From contig JAAYUB010000017.1 in assembly GCA_012517875.1 (NCBI GenBank), positions 84,943 to 148,942 on the forward strand: a stretch of 64,000 bases of DNA, written 5' to 3'. The notes under the pieces are model-generated. The model had not been told where the DNA came from. It saw only the letters and a program-made list of their open reading frames with translations, and did not search any database. Below are positions 8,550-17,533 of the stretch, piece by piece; position 1 is the first letter of the stretch; every line of letters starts with the position of its first letter. Origin of the DNA: Acidobacteriota bacterium. Lineage in GTDB: Bacteria > Acidobacteriota > JAAYUB01. The position numbers and the translations under genes are program-made.

Positions 8550-10178
8550 ATGGAACACAGCAGATTTCACCGGTCCCGGCTCTCCCGACGGGGCGTGTGG
8601 CGCGTCCGGATGGCCGTGGCTTGTGGCGGGTTGATCCTGCTGGGCATCGCCTGCCGGCAGGCGGCGCCCGGGCCGCCGGCGCCCAAGAGCGTGCCGCTGC
8701 GGGGAGGGATATGCCGGCTGGTCACACCCGTTGTCGCCACACTGGATCCGCTGTACGTCACCGACGTGTACGAAGCGACGATCATCGCCTGCCTGTTCAA
8801 CGGACTGGTGCGATACGATGACGCACTGAACGTTCTACCCGACCTCGCGGAGGAGTGGCGAGTGTCGTCCGACGGACGCACCTACACATTCACCCTCCGC
8901 TCGGGAGTTCGATTCCACGACGGTTCCCCGCTGGAAATCGACGATGTTCTGCACACCTTCCGGCGCTGCCTGACCGCCGGCGGCCAGCCTGCCAGCAGCG
9001 GCGTGATCCTGGAGCGCCTCGTCGACCAGGAGTACATCGACGGCCGGCCCACCTTTCGCATCAGCGCCCGCGATGCCCGCACACTGGAAATCGTCCTGCG
9101 GCACGCCTATCCGGAATTTCTCAAAATCCTGGCCATGGACCAACTCCGCATCGTCCCCCGGCGGTATTTCCCACCGGACCGCAAAGTCGAGCAGCCGCCC
9201 TTCATCGGCACCGGTGCGTTCATGCTCGATGTGTTTCAGACCGATCGGATCGAATTGAAGCGTAACGACCATTTTCACCGATCGCCGCCTCACCTCGACC
9301 GGGTGCGCTTCACCGTGACATCCGAATATTCCAGCCGTCACAACCGCCGCCTCTTCGAGGCGGGCCAACTGGACGTCATGGACGCGTATTCAGGCACCCC
9401 AAACGACGGGTTCATGCCACAGGCGCAACGACTCATCCAGGCTCAACTGACCACTTCAATGCTGGTTTTGAACTGCCGGCGCCCCCCCACGGATGATCCA
9501 TCCTTTCGCAAAGCGGTGTCGCTTGCATTCGATCGGACGGAATATCTCACGCACAGTCATCCGACGCTCAAGCCCACCGAATCCTTCCTGCCGGCGCGCA
9601 TGTTCGGATTCAGTCCGCCCTCCGGACGATTTGCTTTCGACCCGTCGGCCGCCGCCATGCATTTGGAACGATCCCGCCATTCCGGCGGGGAAACGCCGAC
9701 GCTGATCTACCTGGACTTCCAGCGTGAGCCGCAGTTTTTCAATCTGTTGACGGACACGGCTCGCCGGCTCGGATTTTCGCTCGCCTGCCGGGAGATCCCG
9801 TGGGCCGGTTTTCAGGAGGAAATTCGACGTGGCGACTTCAACATCACCATCATGGCCTGGACGGCCGACACCCCCATCGCCGAGCAGTACCTCGAGAGTC
9901 TGCTCCATTCCGATTCGCAACAGAACGTCGCCGGTTATCGCGATCCGGTCGTGGACGACCTCATCGACCGGCTCTACCGGGAGTCCAACCTCCATGCCAA
10001 GCTCCGGATCATCCAATCCATCGAGACCCGCCTGCAGGAAACCGTCCCCCTGATCCCGCTGGAGAGTTACGTGATGACTTATCTGCTGCAGCCCCACGTC
10101 CGGGGCGCCCGGCTGAATCCGTTCGGCATCTGTTCACTCAACCTGGAAGAGATCTGGTTCGATCCCGCGCCCCGGTAG
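8550..10178 (+). CDS. ABC-type substrate-binding protein, family 5 (oligopeptide/nickel SBP_bac_5), secreted/lipoprotein
   Basis: 542 aa with an N-terminal signal peptide (…MAVACGGLILLGIAC). SBP_bac_5 fold motifs. No ABC permease or ATPase nearby. TAG stop, then 6 nt, then the hybrid HK start in the same frame. Confidence 0.85.
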   Translation: MEHSRFHRSRLSRRGVWRVRMAVACGGLILLGIACRQAAPGPPAPKSVPLRGGICRLVTPVVATLDPLYVTDVYEATIIACLFNGLVRYDDALNVLPDLAEEWRVSSDGRTYTFTLRSGVRFHDGSPLEIDDVLHTFRRCLTAGGQPASSGVILERLVDQEYIDGRPTFRISARDARTLEIVLRHAYPEFLKILAMDQLRIVPRRYFPPDRKVEQPPFIGTGAFMLDVFQTDRIELKRNDHFHRSPPHLDRVRFTVTSEYSSRHNRRLFEAGQLDVMDAYSGTPNDGFMPQAQRLIQAQLTTSMLVLNCRRPPTDDPSFRKAVSLAFDRTEYLTHSHPTLKPTESFLPARMFGFSPPSGRFAFDPSAAAMHLERSRHSGGETPTLIYLDFQREPQFFNLLTDTARRLGFSLACREIPWAGFQEEIRRGDFNITIMAWTADTPIAEQYLESLLHSDSQQNVAGYRDPVVDDLIDRLYRESNLHAKLRIIQSIETRLQETVPLIPLESYVMTYLLQPHVRGARLNPFGICSLNLEEIWFDPAPR

Positions 10179-10184
10179 GCCGAT

Positions 10185-12557
10185 ATGCAGATCCTCGATT
10201 CGCTGCGCCGCCGTTTCACCCGCGTTCACAACCGCTACTTGTTCTTGTCCTTCCTGATCCTCTTCATTGCCATGTTCCTGCTGGCCGTGTTCATCCGCTA
10301 CCAGTTCCGCGACATCCTGCTGACGGAAACCCATGAGCGCGGCGAGGAATTTGAGAGGAATCTCAGGGCCACCTTCACCCCGCTGCTGGTGACCTATAAC
10401 TACGCTTCCATTTACAGCTATCTGGAAACCATGGTCGAGCAGCAGAACATTCTCTATCTGGCCGTTTACGACAAAGAGCTGACGCTGGCGGCCTGCAACA
10501 ACTACTATCGCGAGAACCAGGACGCGATCCTCCGAATCCGAGGCACAGACCTGAAGTACCTGCGGCAGACCGCGTTCACCGAGGGCCTGATCGTTCTGCC
10601 TGGCGGCCGGAAAAATTACGTGTTGGACATTCAGGCGCCCGTGTTCATCAAGCCTTCGACGGTCCGCTGGGGCATCCTCCACGCCGGCCTGTCGCTGGAC
10701 AACATGTACGCCCACCTGCACGAGATTCACATCTTCATCCTGTTGTCGTTCCTCGTCGCCCTGGTTGTCACCTACCTCGGGCTGCAGCAGGTGGCCCGGA
10801 TGATCCGGCGGCCCATGGACACCCTGCTGGCCGGTGCCCGCAGACTGGCCACGGGCGACCTGAACCATCATTTCGATCTGGCGGGCGCCAACGAATTCGG
10901 GACGCTGGCCCAGTCCTTCAACCAAATGGTGGCCGAGGTCCAGTTGCTCCAGAATCGCTTGGAAGAATGGAATCGGGAGCTGGAGCAGCGGGTGGCCGAA
11001 CGCACCGCCGCGCTTCAGGAGACGCGACAGTTCCTGGAGAACGTCTTCAACTCGCTCGCCGAGTGCATCATCACCATTGATCGGAAGGGGATACTCACCT
11101 ACGCCAACGCCCGCTTTTTTGAGATCTCCGGCTTCACGCGGGACGACCTGGGCAAACCGTTTTCCCGTCTGTTCCTCAATCGCGGCCTGCCCAAGATCAA
11201 GGCGTTCCGGACATTCGTCCGCTGCCGCCGCGGCGAAACCATCCGCTGGGAACAGGCGATGCTTTTCAATCGCCGCGAGCTGCTGCTGGAGCTGGCCGTC
11301 AGCCCCCTGCACAGCCTCACCGGACCGCCGCTGGGGCTGTTGGTCATCGGCCGCGACATCACCCGGCAACGCGAGATCGAGCAGCAGCTCCACCACGCGC
11401 GCAAAATGGAAATTATCGGCGGACTGGCGGGCAGCATCGCTCACGACTTCAACAACCTGCTGGGGGCCATCCTTCCCGCCGTGGAGCTGCTGAAACAGGA
11501 CCTGCACGGGCCGGAAGACCGCCGGCGGATCGAGATCGTGGAGCACTCGGCGCACCGGGCCGCCGACCTCATCGCCCAGTTGCTGTCTGTCTCCCGGCAA
11601 CGTGAGTTGCCGCTGATGCCGCTGGACCTGAACGAGATCGTCGAGTCCGTTCTGGCCACTCTCGCTTCAGTGCTGGCCCCCGATCTCCGCCTCCAGGTCC
11701 GGCTGGACAACGAGCCGGTCCAGATCCAAGGCAACCGGAGCATGCTGGAGCAGTTCCTGTCCGAGGTGCTGCTCCGGTCGCAGGCGCAACAGCCGCACGG
11801 CGGTGAAATCCTCCTGATCACAGACCGCTTCCAGCCCGACGACGGATTTCTCCGGCTGCATCCCGAAGTCCCGGTCGGCGATTACGTGCAGCTTCGCATC
11901 ATGGACACGGTCACCGGCGTTGAGGAGCAATACTTCCACCAGCTCTATGATCCGTTCTTCACCGCGACCGGCGGCACGGCCGACGCGTCCATCAGCGACT
12001 CGCTGGTTTACGGTGCGATCAAAAAACACAACGGCTACATATTCTGGAACGCCCAGCCGGACCGTGGCACCACCATCCAGATCCTGCTTCCCGCACTGAC
12101 GCCGGACGTGCCGTTCTCCGCGAACGCCAAGGGCCTGCTTGAGGTTGCCCCAACCATGCCGCGCGGACATGAGCGGGTGCTGGTGGTCGATGACGAAGAC
12201 ATGGTCCGAGAAGTCGCGCGGGATTTGTTGGCCGAGCTCGGTTACAATGTGGATTCCGTGTCCTCGGGTCAGGAAGCGGTGCGGATGATCGAGGCCGCCC
12301 CGGAGCGTTTTGACCTGATCATTCTGGACATGGTCATGCCCGGAATGGACGGGCTGGAGACCATCAGCTGTCTCCGGCGCATTCGGCCGGACTTGCGGGT
12401 GATCCTCGTCAGCGGCTATGACTCCGACGAGAAGATCCGTCGCGCGCTGCAGTCGGGATACGTGGAATTCATGCAAAAACCATACAAGATCAACGATCTG
12501 GCCACCCTGGTTCGGCGGATCCTCCAATCCGAAAAGCCGCCGCCGTCTAATCCGTGA
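10185..12557 (+). CDS. hybrid sensor histidine kinase (2 TM + periplasmic domain, HAMP, PAS, HisKA, HATPase_c, C-terminal REC)
   Basis: 790 aa. TM1 YLFLSFLILFIAMFLLAVF. H-box IAHDFNNLLGAI. C-terminal receiver VLVVDDEDMV…DLIILDMVMPGMDG. Confidence 0.95.
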   Translation: MQILDSLRRRFTRVHNRYLFLSFLILFIAMFLLAVFIRYQFRDILLTETHERGEEFERNLRATFTPLLVTYNYASIYSYLETMVEQQNILYLAVYDKELTLAACNNYYRENQDAILRIRGTDLKYLRQTAFTEGLIVLPGGRKNYVLDIQAPVFIKPSTVRWGILHAGLSLDNMYAHLHEIHIFILLSFLVALVVTYLGLQQVARMIRRPMDTLLAGARRLATGDLNHHFDLAGANEFGTLAQSFNQMVAEVQLLQNRLEEWNRELEQRVAERTAALQETRQFLENVFNSLAECIITIDRKGILTYANARFFEISGFTRDDLGKPFSRLFLNRGLPKIKAFRTFVRCRRGETIRWEQAMLFNRRELLLELAVSPLHSLTGPPLGLLVIGRDITRQREIEQQLHHARKMEIIGGLAGSIAHDFNNLLGAILPAVELLKQDLHGPEDRRRIEIVEHSAHRAADLIAQLLSVSRQRELPLMPLDLNEIVESVLATLASVLAPDLRLQVRLDNEPVQIQGNRSMLEQFLSEVLLRSQAQQPHGGEILLITDRFQPDDGFLRLHPEVPVGDYVQLRIMDTVTGVEEQYFHQLYDPFFTATGGTADASISDSLVYGAIKKHNGYIFWNAQPDRGTTIQILLPALTPDVPFSANAKGLLEVAPTMPRGHERVLVVDDEDMVREVARDLLAELGYNVDSVSSGQEAVRMIEAAPERFDLIILDMVMPGMDGLETISCLRRIRPDLRVILVSGYDSDEKIRRALQSGYVEFMQKPYKINDLATLVRRILQSEKPPPSNP

Positions 12558-14763
12558 GCCAGGTTTCCCAAAAGGCGGTCATGGCCTCGAACAGGTGAAC
12601 CCGCGACTCCGGGCTCCGGATACTGTGCTCCATGAGCGGGTAGAGCATGAGTTGGAACGGCTTGCCTGCCTCGATCAGCCGTCGGGAGAGTTGAACCGTG
12701 TTCTGCAGATGCACATTGTCATCGGCCGTGCCGTGCACGAGGAAAAATCGTCCGGACAGCGTCGCGGCGAAGTGGACGGGTGAAGACTGGCGGTAGCCGT
12801 CCGGGTTGTGTTGCGGCAAATCCATATAACGTTCGGTGTAGATGGTGTCGTAATTGAGCCAGTCGGTGACCGGCGCAACAGCGACACCCGCCCGGAAGAC
12901 GCCTGATGCCCGGGTCATCGCCAGACAGGTCATGTAACCGCCATAGCTCCAACCCCAGATGCCGATTCGCTGCGCATCCACAAACGGCAGCGTTTTGAGG
13001 TACTCCACCCCGATGAGCTGGTCATGGAGTTCCTGCTCACCCAACCGCCGATAGATCGCGTTCTCCCACGCCTTGCCTCTCCCGGCGGAGCCCCGGTTGT
13101 CCAGGCTGAACACCACGAAACCGCGTTGGGCCATGAGCTGATGCCACAGATAGTAGGCGCCCGCCCAGCTGTCGGTCACCACCTGGGCATGGGGTCCGCC
13201 ATAAACATAAACCAGGACCGGATACCGCCGGGCGGCGTCGAAATTCGGCGGCTTCAGGATCCGGGCGTGGAGCTCGGCGCCGTCGGGGGCCCGGAGTATC
13301 AAATATTCCCAGCGCGAAAACCCGTACGGCGTCAGCAGCCCGGGGTCGGGACGCCGGAACGCTTTTCCTGACAGCGGCCACGCCAGCCGGCCGATGCGGA
13401 ATTCCGGTGGCGATGCATCCGTGGAATATGCGTCCAGGTAGCGGGTCGCGTCGGGCGAGATCACGACGTCATGGGTGCCCGGCTCCGTAGTCAACCGTCG
13501 CGGCGGTCCGCCCTCCAGTCCCACCCGATAGAGATGGCGTTCCCGAACACTGTGTTCCGTCGCCGTGAAATAGACAATTCCCTGGGACTCATCCAGACCG
13601 TTCAGCTCGGTCACCATCCAGGCCCCCCGGGTGAGTCGCCCGATCAGGCGGCCATCCAGGTCGTACCGGTACAGATGCCGGAAACCGTCGCGTTCCGATC
13701 CCCAGATGAACTCTTGCCGCTGGCGGAGCGGGTACAACACGTCATGCACATTGACCCAGCAGGCATCCTGCTCGGTCAGGATGACCTGCCAGGTCGCCGC
13801 CGCCGGTAGCATCCGGACCAGCTCCAGGCGGTTTTGCCGCCGGTTGAGTTGCTGCACGAGCAGGTGCAACGAATCAGGCGTCCAGGCCACCCGCGGCAGA
13901 TACACGTCCGGCACGCCCCCCACCGCCAGTTGTCGGAGCTCGCCGGTGTCGAGGCGATAGTGGAAGAGCGCCGCCACGGGATTGGTGCCGCCTGCCTTGG
14001 GGTACTTCTGGAGCGTGATGACAGGATGTTGGGGCAACCAGTCCACAAGCGGATACTCCGCCACGTTGGATTGATCGAGACGCAGGATCGCCACAGCGCG
14101 CGAATCGGGCGACCACCAGTAGCCTTGCCCAAGCGCAAACTCCTCCTGGTAGACCCAATCCACAACCCCGTAAGCCGCCACGCGACTGCCGTCGGTTGTC
14201 GCGGCCACTTCCCGACCCGTCTCGCGAAAGAGGATCCAGAAGTTGCCGTCCCGGACAAACGATATCTTCGCGCCGTCCGGGCTGTAGCGCACTTCGGACT
14301 CCGCCTCCGGGGTGGTCGTCCACCGGCGGATCGCGCCGCTCAACAACTCGGTCTCATAGATGTCCCCGCGATACAGGAAGAGCGCCCGGTCTCCACTGGG
14401 TGAGAAGATCACCCCCGCCACCGCGGCTTCCGGCGGCGCCTTGTGGGCGAGGTCCGCCAGACCCGACAGTTTCTGGATCAGCCGCTCCGGGTCCAGCGCC
14501 AGCCGGCTCTCGCCTGTGAGCGGATCCACCGCTTGATACACGCTGCGGCCGGTCGCCGGGTCTTTGACCCGGCAGACTAGTTCACGGCTGTCGGCCCGCC
14601 AGGCCGGCTGTTCAACCACGCGGGACAGAAAGGCTGGATTGTCGTAGATCTCCCGGACGGTGATGGGCCGGAATCCGGCGACCCGGGTCCAGGTCGCCAG
14701 ACCGACGGTCATCACCCCCGCGACGACCACCACGTAAATCGCCCGATGTCGACGGTGCGCCAT
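12547..14763 (-). CDS. dipeptidyl-peptidase IV family serine peptidase (S9B; DPP-IV N-terminal beta-propeller + prolyl oligopeptidase domain)
   Basis: 738 aa with a signal anchor. The S9 catalytic region is …IGIWGWSYGGYMT…HGTADDNVH…. TAG stop, overlapping the HK stop convergently by 11 nt. Confidence 0.9.
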   Translation of the reverse strand: MAHRRHRAIYVVVVAGVMTVGLATWTRVAGFRPITVREIYDNPAFLSRVVEQPAWRADSRELVCRVKDPATGRSVYQAVDPLTGESRLALDPERLIQKLSGLADLAHKAPPEAAVAGVIFSPSGDRALFLYRGDIYETELLSGAIRRWTTTPEAESEVRYSPDGAKISFVRDGNFWILFRETGREVAATTDGSRVAAYGVVDWVYQEEFALGQGYWWSPDSRAVAILRLDQSNVAEYPLVDWLPQHPVITLQKYPKAGGTNPVAALFHYRLDTGELRQLAVGGVPDVYLPRVAWTPDSLHLLVQQLNRRQNRLELVRMLPAAATWQVILTEQDACWVNVHDVLYPLRQRQEFIWGSERDGFRHLYRYDLDGRLIGRLTRGAWMVTELNGLDESQGIVYFTATEHSVRERHLYRVGLEGGPPRRLTTEPGTHDVVISPDATRYLDAYSTDASPPEFRIGRLAWPLSGKAFRRPDPGLLTPYGFSRWEYLILRAPDGAELHARILKPPNFDAARRYPVLVYVYGGPHAQVVTDSWAGAYYLWHQLMAQRGFVVFSLDNRGSAGRGKAWENAIYRRLGEQELHDQLIGVEYLKTLPFVDAQRIGIWGWSYGGYMTCLAMTRASGVFRAGVAVAPVTDWLNYDTIYTERYMDLPQHNPDGYRQSSPVHFAATLSGRFFLVHGTADDNVHLQNTVQLSRRLIEAGKPFQLMLYPLMEHSIRSPESRVHLFEAMTAFWETWLTD

Positions 14764-14805
14764 CCTGTCGCCTCCCCATGCTGGCTTGGGGGTGGGGTGC
14801 CCCCC

Positions 14806-15843
14806 TCAAATGCGGCTGAAATCGGCCACGGTGGTCTTGTCGCCCAGAAACGCTCCCTTGCCGATGGTCACCGCCTCACCCAGCACACAATTGCGCCCCA
14901 CTGCGCTGTAGCGCAGGTAGGCGCCGCTCTTGAAGCGGCTGCCGCTCATGATCACCGAATCGCGGATCTGCACCCCTTCCTCGATCCGGCATTTTTCGCC
15001 GATCACGGCGTTCTCGATGACGACGTTGTCCTTGATCACGCACGACTCGTGAACAAAGGATTTCGCGTCCATCCGGCTCGACGCCGGCAGGCTGAGCGGT
15101 TTCGGTTCGAACAGGCCGAAAAATTTGGGCAGCGGCACGCGTCCGGACAGCACGTCGAAGTTGGCCTGCAAATAGCAGCAGGGATTGTCGATGTGGCACC
15201 AGTACTCGTCGGTTTTCTGGGCGATTATTTTGGCACCCTGCCCGATCAGCCCCGGGAACAGCTCGCGCTCCAGAGTGTAGTAGGTGTCGGCCGGAATGGC
15301 GTCCAGGATCTCCCGCTCCATGACGTAGACCCCCATGTTCACCCAATCGTCCTGAAGTTCGTGGTCGCGCGGTTTTTCAATGAAGCCGGTCACGCGGCCG
15401 GTCCGATTCTTGAGGATGACGCCGAGCCGTTCCGGCCGGGTTGACCGGCCCTCTACCAGCGTGACCAGGGCGCGGCGCTCGCGGTGGTGCGCGATGACCC
15501 GGCTCAGGTCCACCCCGGTCAGGATGTCACCGTTCAGCACCAGCGTAGGGCCGGTGATCAGCGGGGCGGCTGTGCGCAGCGCACCGGCGGTGCCCTGGGG
15601 CACGGCTTCCACCGTGTAATGGATGACCAGTCCGAAGTCGGAACCGTCGCCTAGCAACTCCTGAATATGGCGAGGCTGGTATGACAGGGACAGGATCACT
15701 TCCTTGATGCCGGCCTTCTTCAGCCGCTCCAGCTGGTAAAAAATGAACGGGATGTTGCCCACGGGCACGATGGGCTTCGGGGTGTTCGCGGTCAGGGGCA
15801 GCAGTTCCGAGCCTTTGCCGCCCGCCAGGATCAGTGCTTTCAT
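14806..15843 (-). CDS. sugar-phosphate nucleotidyltransferase (mannose-1-phosphate guanylyltransferase-like; NTP_transferase + left-handed beta-helix)
   Basis: 345 aa. MKALILAGGKGSELLPLTANTPKPIVPV is followed by C-terminal hexapeptide repeats. It lies 42 nt downstream of the DPP-IV gene on the same strand. Confidence 0.85.
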   Translation of the reverse strand: MKALILAGGKGSELLPLTANTPKPIVPVGNIPFIFYQLERLKKAGIKEVILSLSYQPRHIQELLGDGSDFGLVIHYTVEAVPQGTAGALRTAAPLITGPTLVLNGDILTGVDLSRVIAHHRERRALVTLVEGRSTRPERLGVILKNRTGRVTGFIEKPRDHELQDDWVNMGVYVMEREILDAIPADTYYTLERELFPGLIGQGAKIIAQKTDEYWCHIDNPCCYLQANFDVLSGRVPLPKFFGLFEPKPLSLPASSRMDAKSFVHESCVIKDNVVIENAVIGEKCRIEEGVQIRDSVIMSGSRFKSGAYLRYSAVGRNCVLGEAVTIGKGAFLGDKTTVADFSRI

Positions 15844-15912
15844 GGTGTGGTGATTCCTCCAGCCAAACAGCGGCCGATTATACCCTGTCCGGCGTCGGGG
15901 AGCAGCGGAAAT

Positions 15913-16404
15913 TTACAACAGGTAGCTGTCGTCTTCATCGTCCGGTTCCACGGGCGGCGGCGCGGGCGGAGACTGCGTGTTCCGCGACCAGCCGTCCTCC
16001 GGCGCCGGTCGCGGCGGACGAGGCCGGCCGGCGCGTCGCAAGTCAGGCGGTCCGGTCGGCCCCGGCAGGGCGGCGGCCAGTCGCACGGGATCGGAGTCGA
16101 AGAAATCAGCCAAAAACGCCGCTGCCAGCGACTGGCGCACCCGCTCGGGCGGCATGCCGGCGGTGTACTGGAACGCCCGACCGCTTTTTCGCCGTAGCAC
16201 CAGGTTTTTCCGGTGGAGCTGATCCAGCATGGTCATCACCGTGGTGTAGGCCAGTGGAGGGGAATCAGGCAGCCGCGCCCGGATCTCGGCGACAGAGAGC
16301 GGACCGTCCCGCCACAAGATTTCCAGAATGCCGAACTCCCGTGGACCCGGCAGCCGGAAGCCTGCATCAGATGACCGACTCGTCTTTTTACGTCGCGGCG
16401 GCAT
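15913..16404 (-). CDS. BlaI/MecI/CopY family transcriptional repressor (orphan)
   Basis: 164 aa from ATG 16404 (MPPRRKK…). Winged-helix …EFGILEILWRDGPLSVAEIRARL…AYTTVMTMLDQLHRKNLV. No adjacent BlaR1-like gene. TAA stop. Confidence 0.75.
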   Translation of the reverse strand: MPPRRKKTSRSSDAGFRLPGPREFGILEILWRDGPLSVAEIRARLPDSPPLAYTTVMTMLDQLHRKNLVLRRKSGRAFQYTAGMPPERVRQSLAAAFLADFFDSDPVRLAAALPGPTGPPDLRRAGRPRPPRPAPEDGWSRNTQSPPAPPPVEPDDEDDSYLL

Positions 16405-16531
16405 CACAATGATTCTAACAACGCCCGAACCGGTTTGCAACGCGCCGTCGGCGGGTGCGTATGTTTTCACTTGTACCCGGGATCCAAATCCGCTAGATTA
16501 ACGCTTCGCTTTTTTCTTTCAGGAGGTTGCC

Positions 16532-17533
16532 ATGAGGAAGACGACTGCTGGATGGATGACCCTGCTGGCGCTGCTGGTGCTCACGGCCGGGGTGTGGGCG
16601 CAGTCCGAACAGCCGCCCGCGCCGAAGACCGAACCGGCACCCGCCGCCGATCACAGCAAGGAGATCCTGGTCAAGATGGGGACCCGCGTCGTGACCGTCG
16701 GCCAGATCGAGGCGGAGTTCGCCCGCATTCCGCCCCAATTCGTCAGCCATTTCAATGATCCCCAGCGGAAGAAGGATTATGTGCAGAACATCGTGGACCG
16801 CATGGTGTTCGCCGAGGAGGCCAAGGTCCAGGGGCTGATGGAGCGTGAGGACATCAAGGAAAAGATCAACTCTTACGCCGAGCGGATCCTATACACCGAA
16901 TATCTGAAGACGGCCACCGACGGGCTTCAGGTGACCAGCGCCGAAGCGCGCGCATATTACGAGGCCAATCCGAACGAGTTCGTGACACCTGAACGCATCC
17001 ACGCCCGGCATATCCTGGTGAAGTCGGAGGAGGAAGCCGGTACCGTCAAAGCCGAACTCGACAAGGGTGCCGACTGGAACGAACTGGCAAAGAAATATTC
17101 CGTGGACAAGAGCAACGCCGAGCGCGGCGGCGATCTCGGATTCTTCTCCCGCGGCCGCATGGTCAAGGAGTTCGAGGAAGCGGCGTTCACCATGAATCCG
17201 GGCGAGATCAAAGGACCGATCAAGACGCAGTTCGGATTCCACATCATCAAGCTGGAGGAAAAACAGGCGGCCCAGACGCAGGATTTCGCCCAGGCGGAAA
17301 AAGCCGTGACCAGCAAGCTGATGACCCAGAAACGTGAAGCCAAGCTCCAGGAGATCCGGAACCAACTGGGCACCAAATACGACGTGACGGTCAACTGGGA
17401 CAAGGTCAACGACATCAAGGTGGGCAGCGGCGTCGCGGCCCCCGGCCGGCCGGGTTCGACGCCCACGCCGGTGCCCATCGGCCAGCGTCCGCGGACAGTG
17501 GTGCCGGCTGAGCAGCCGCCCGTCAAGAAATAA
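16532..17533 (+). CDS. parvulin-type peptidyl-prolyl cis-trans isomerase (PpiC/SurA/PrsA-like), secreted
   Basis: 333 aa with a signal peptide. The rotamase domain is HARHILVK…GGDLGFFSRGRMVKEFEEAAF. RBS AGGAGG. TAA stop overlaps the next ATG (TAATG). Confidence 0.9.
   Translation: MRKTTAGWMTLLALLVLTAGVWAQSEQPPAPKTEPAPAADHSKEILVKMGTRVVTVGQIEAEFARIPPQFVSHFNDPQRKKDYVQNIVDRMVFAEEAKVQGLMEREDIKEKINSYAERILYTEYLKTATDGLQVTSAEARAYYEANPNEFVTPERIHARHILVKSEEEAGTVKAELDKGADWNELAKKYSVDKSNAERGGDLGFFSRGRMVKEFEEAAFTMNPGEIKGPIKTQFGFHIIKLEEKQAAQTQDFAQAEKAVTSKLMTQKREAKLQEIRNQLGTKYDVTVNWDKVNDIKVGSGVAAPGRPGSTPTPVPIGQRPRTVVPAEQPPVKK

Noticed and set aside
8550-12557. Possible SBP-histidine kinase fusion protein by read-through of TAG 10176-10178 (same frame, 6-nt gap).
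   Set aside because: The HK begins with its own TM1, periplasmic domain and TM2. A fusion would invert the topology of the HAMP/kinase domains. Same-frame adjacency has a 1/3 chance.
16405-16531. BlaI operator (TACA/TGTA dyad) in the divergent region between the orphan BlaI-like gene and ppiC.
   Set aside because: Only weak partial matches (…TATGTTTTCACTTGTACC…) and no clear dyad. Unlike the blaI-blaR1 upstream island there is no AT-rich repeat structure.
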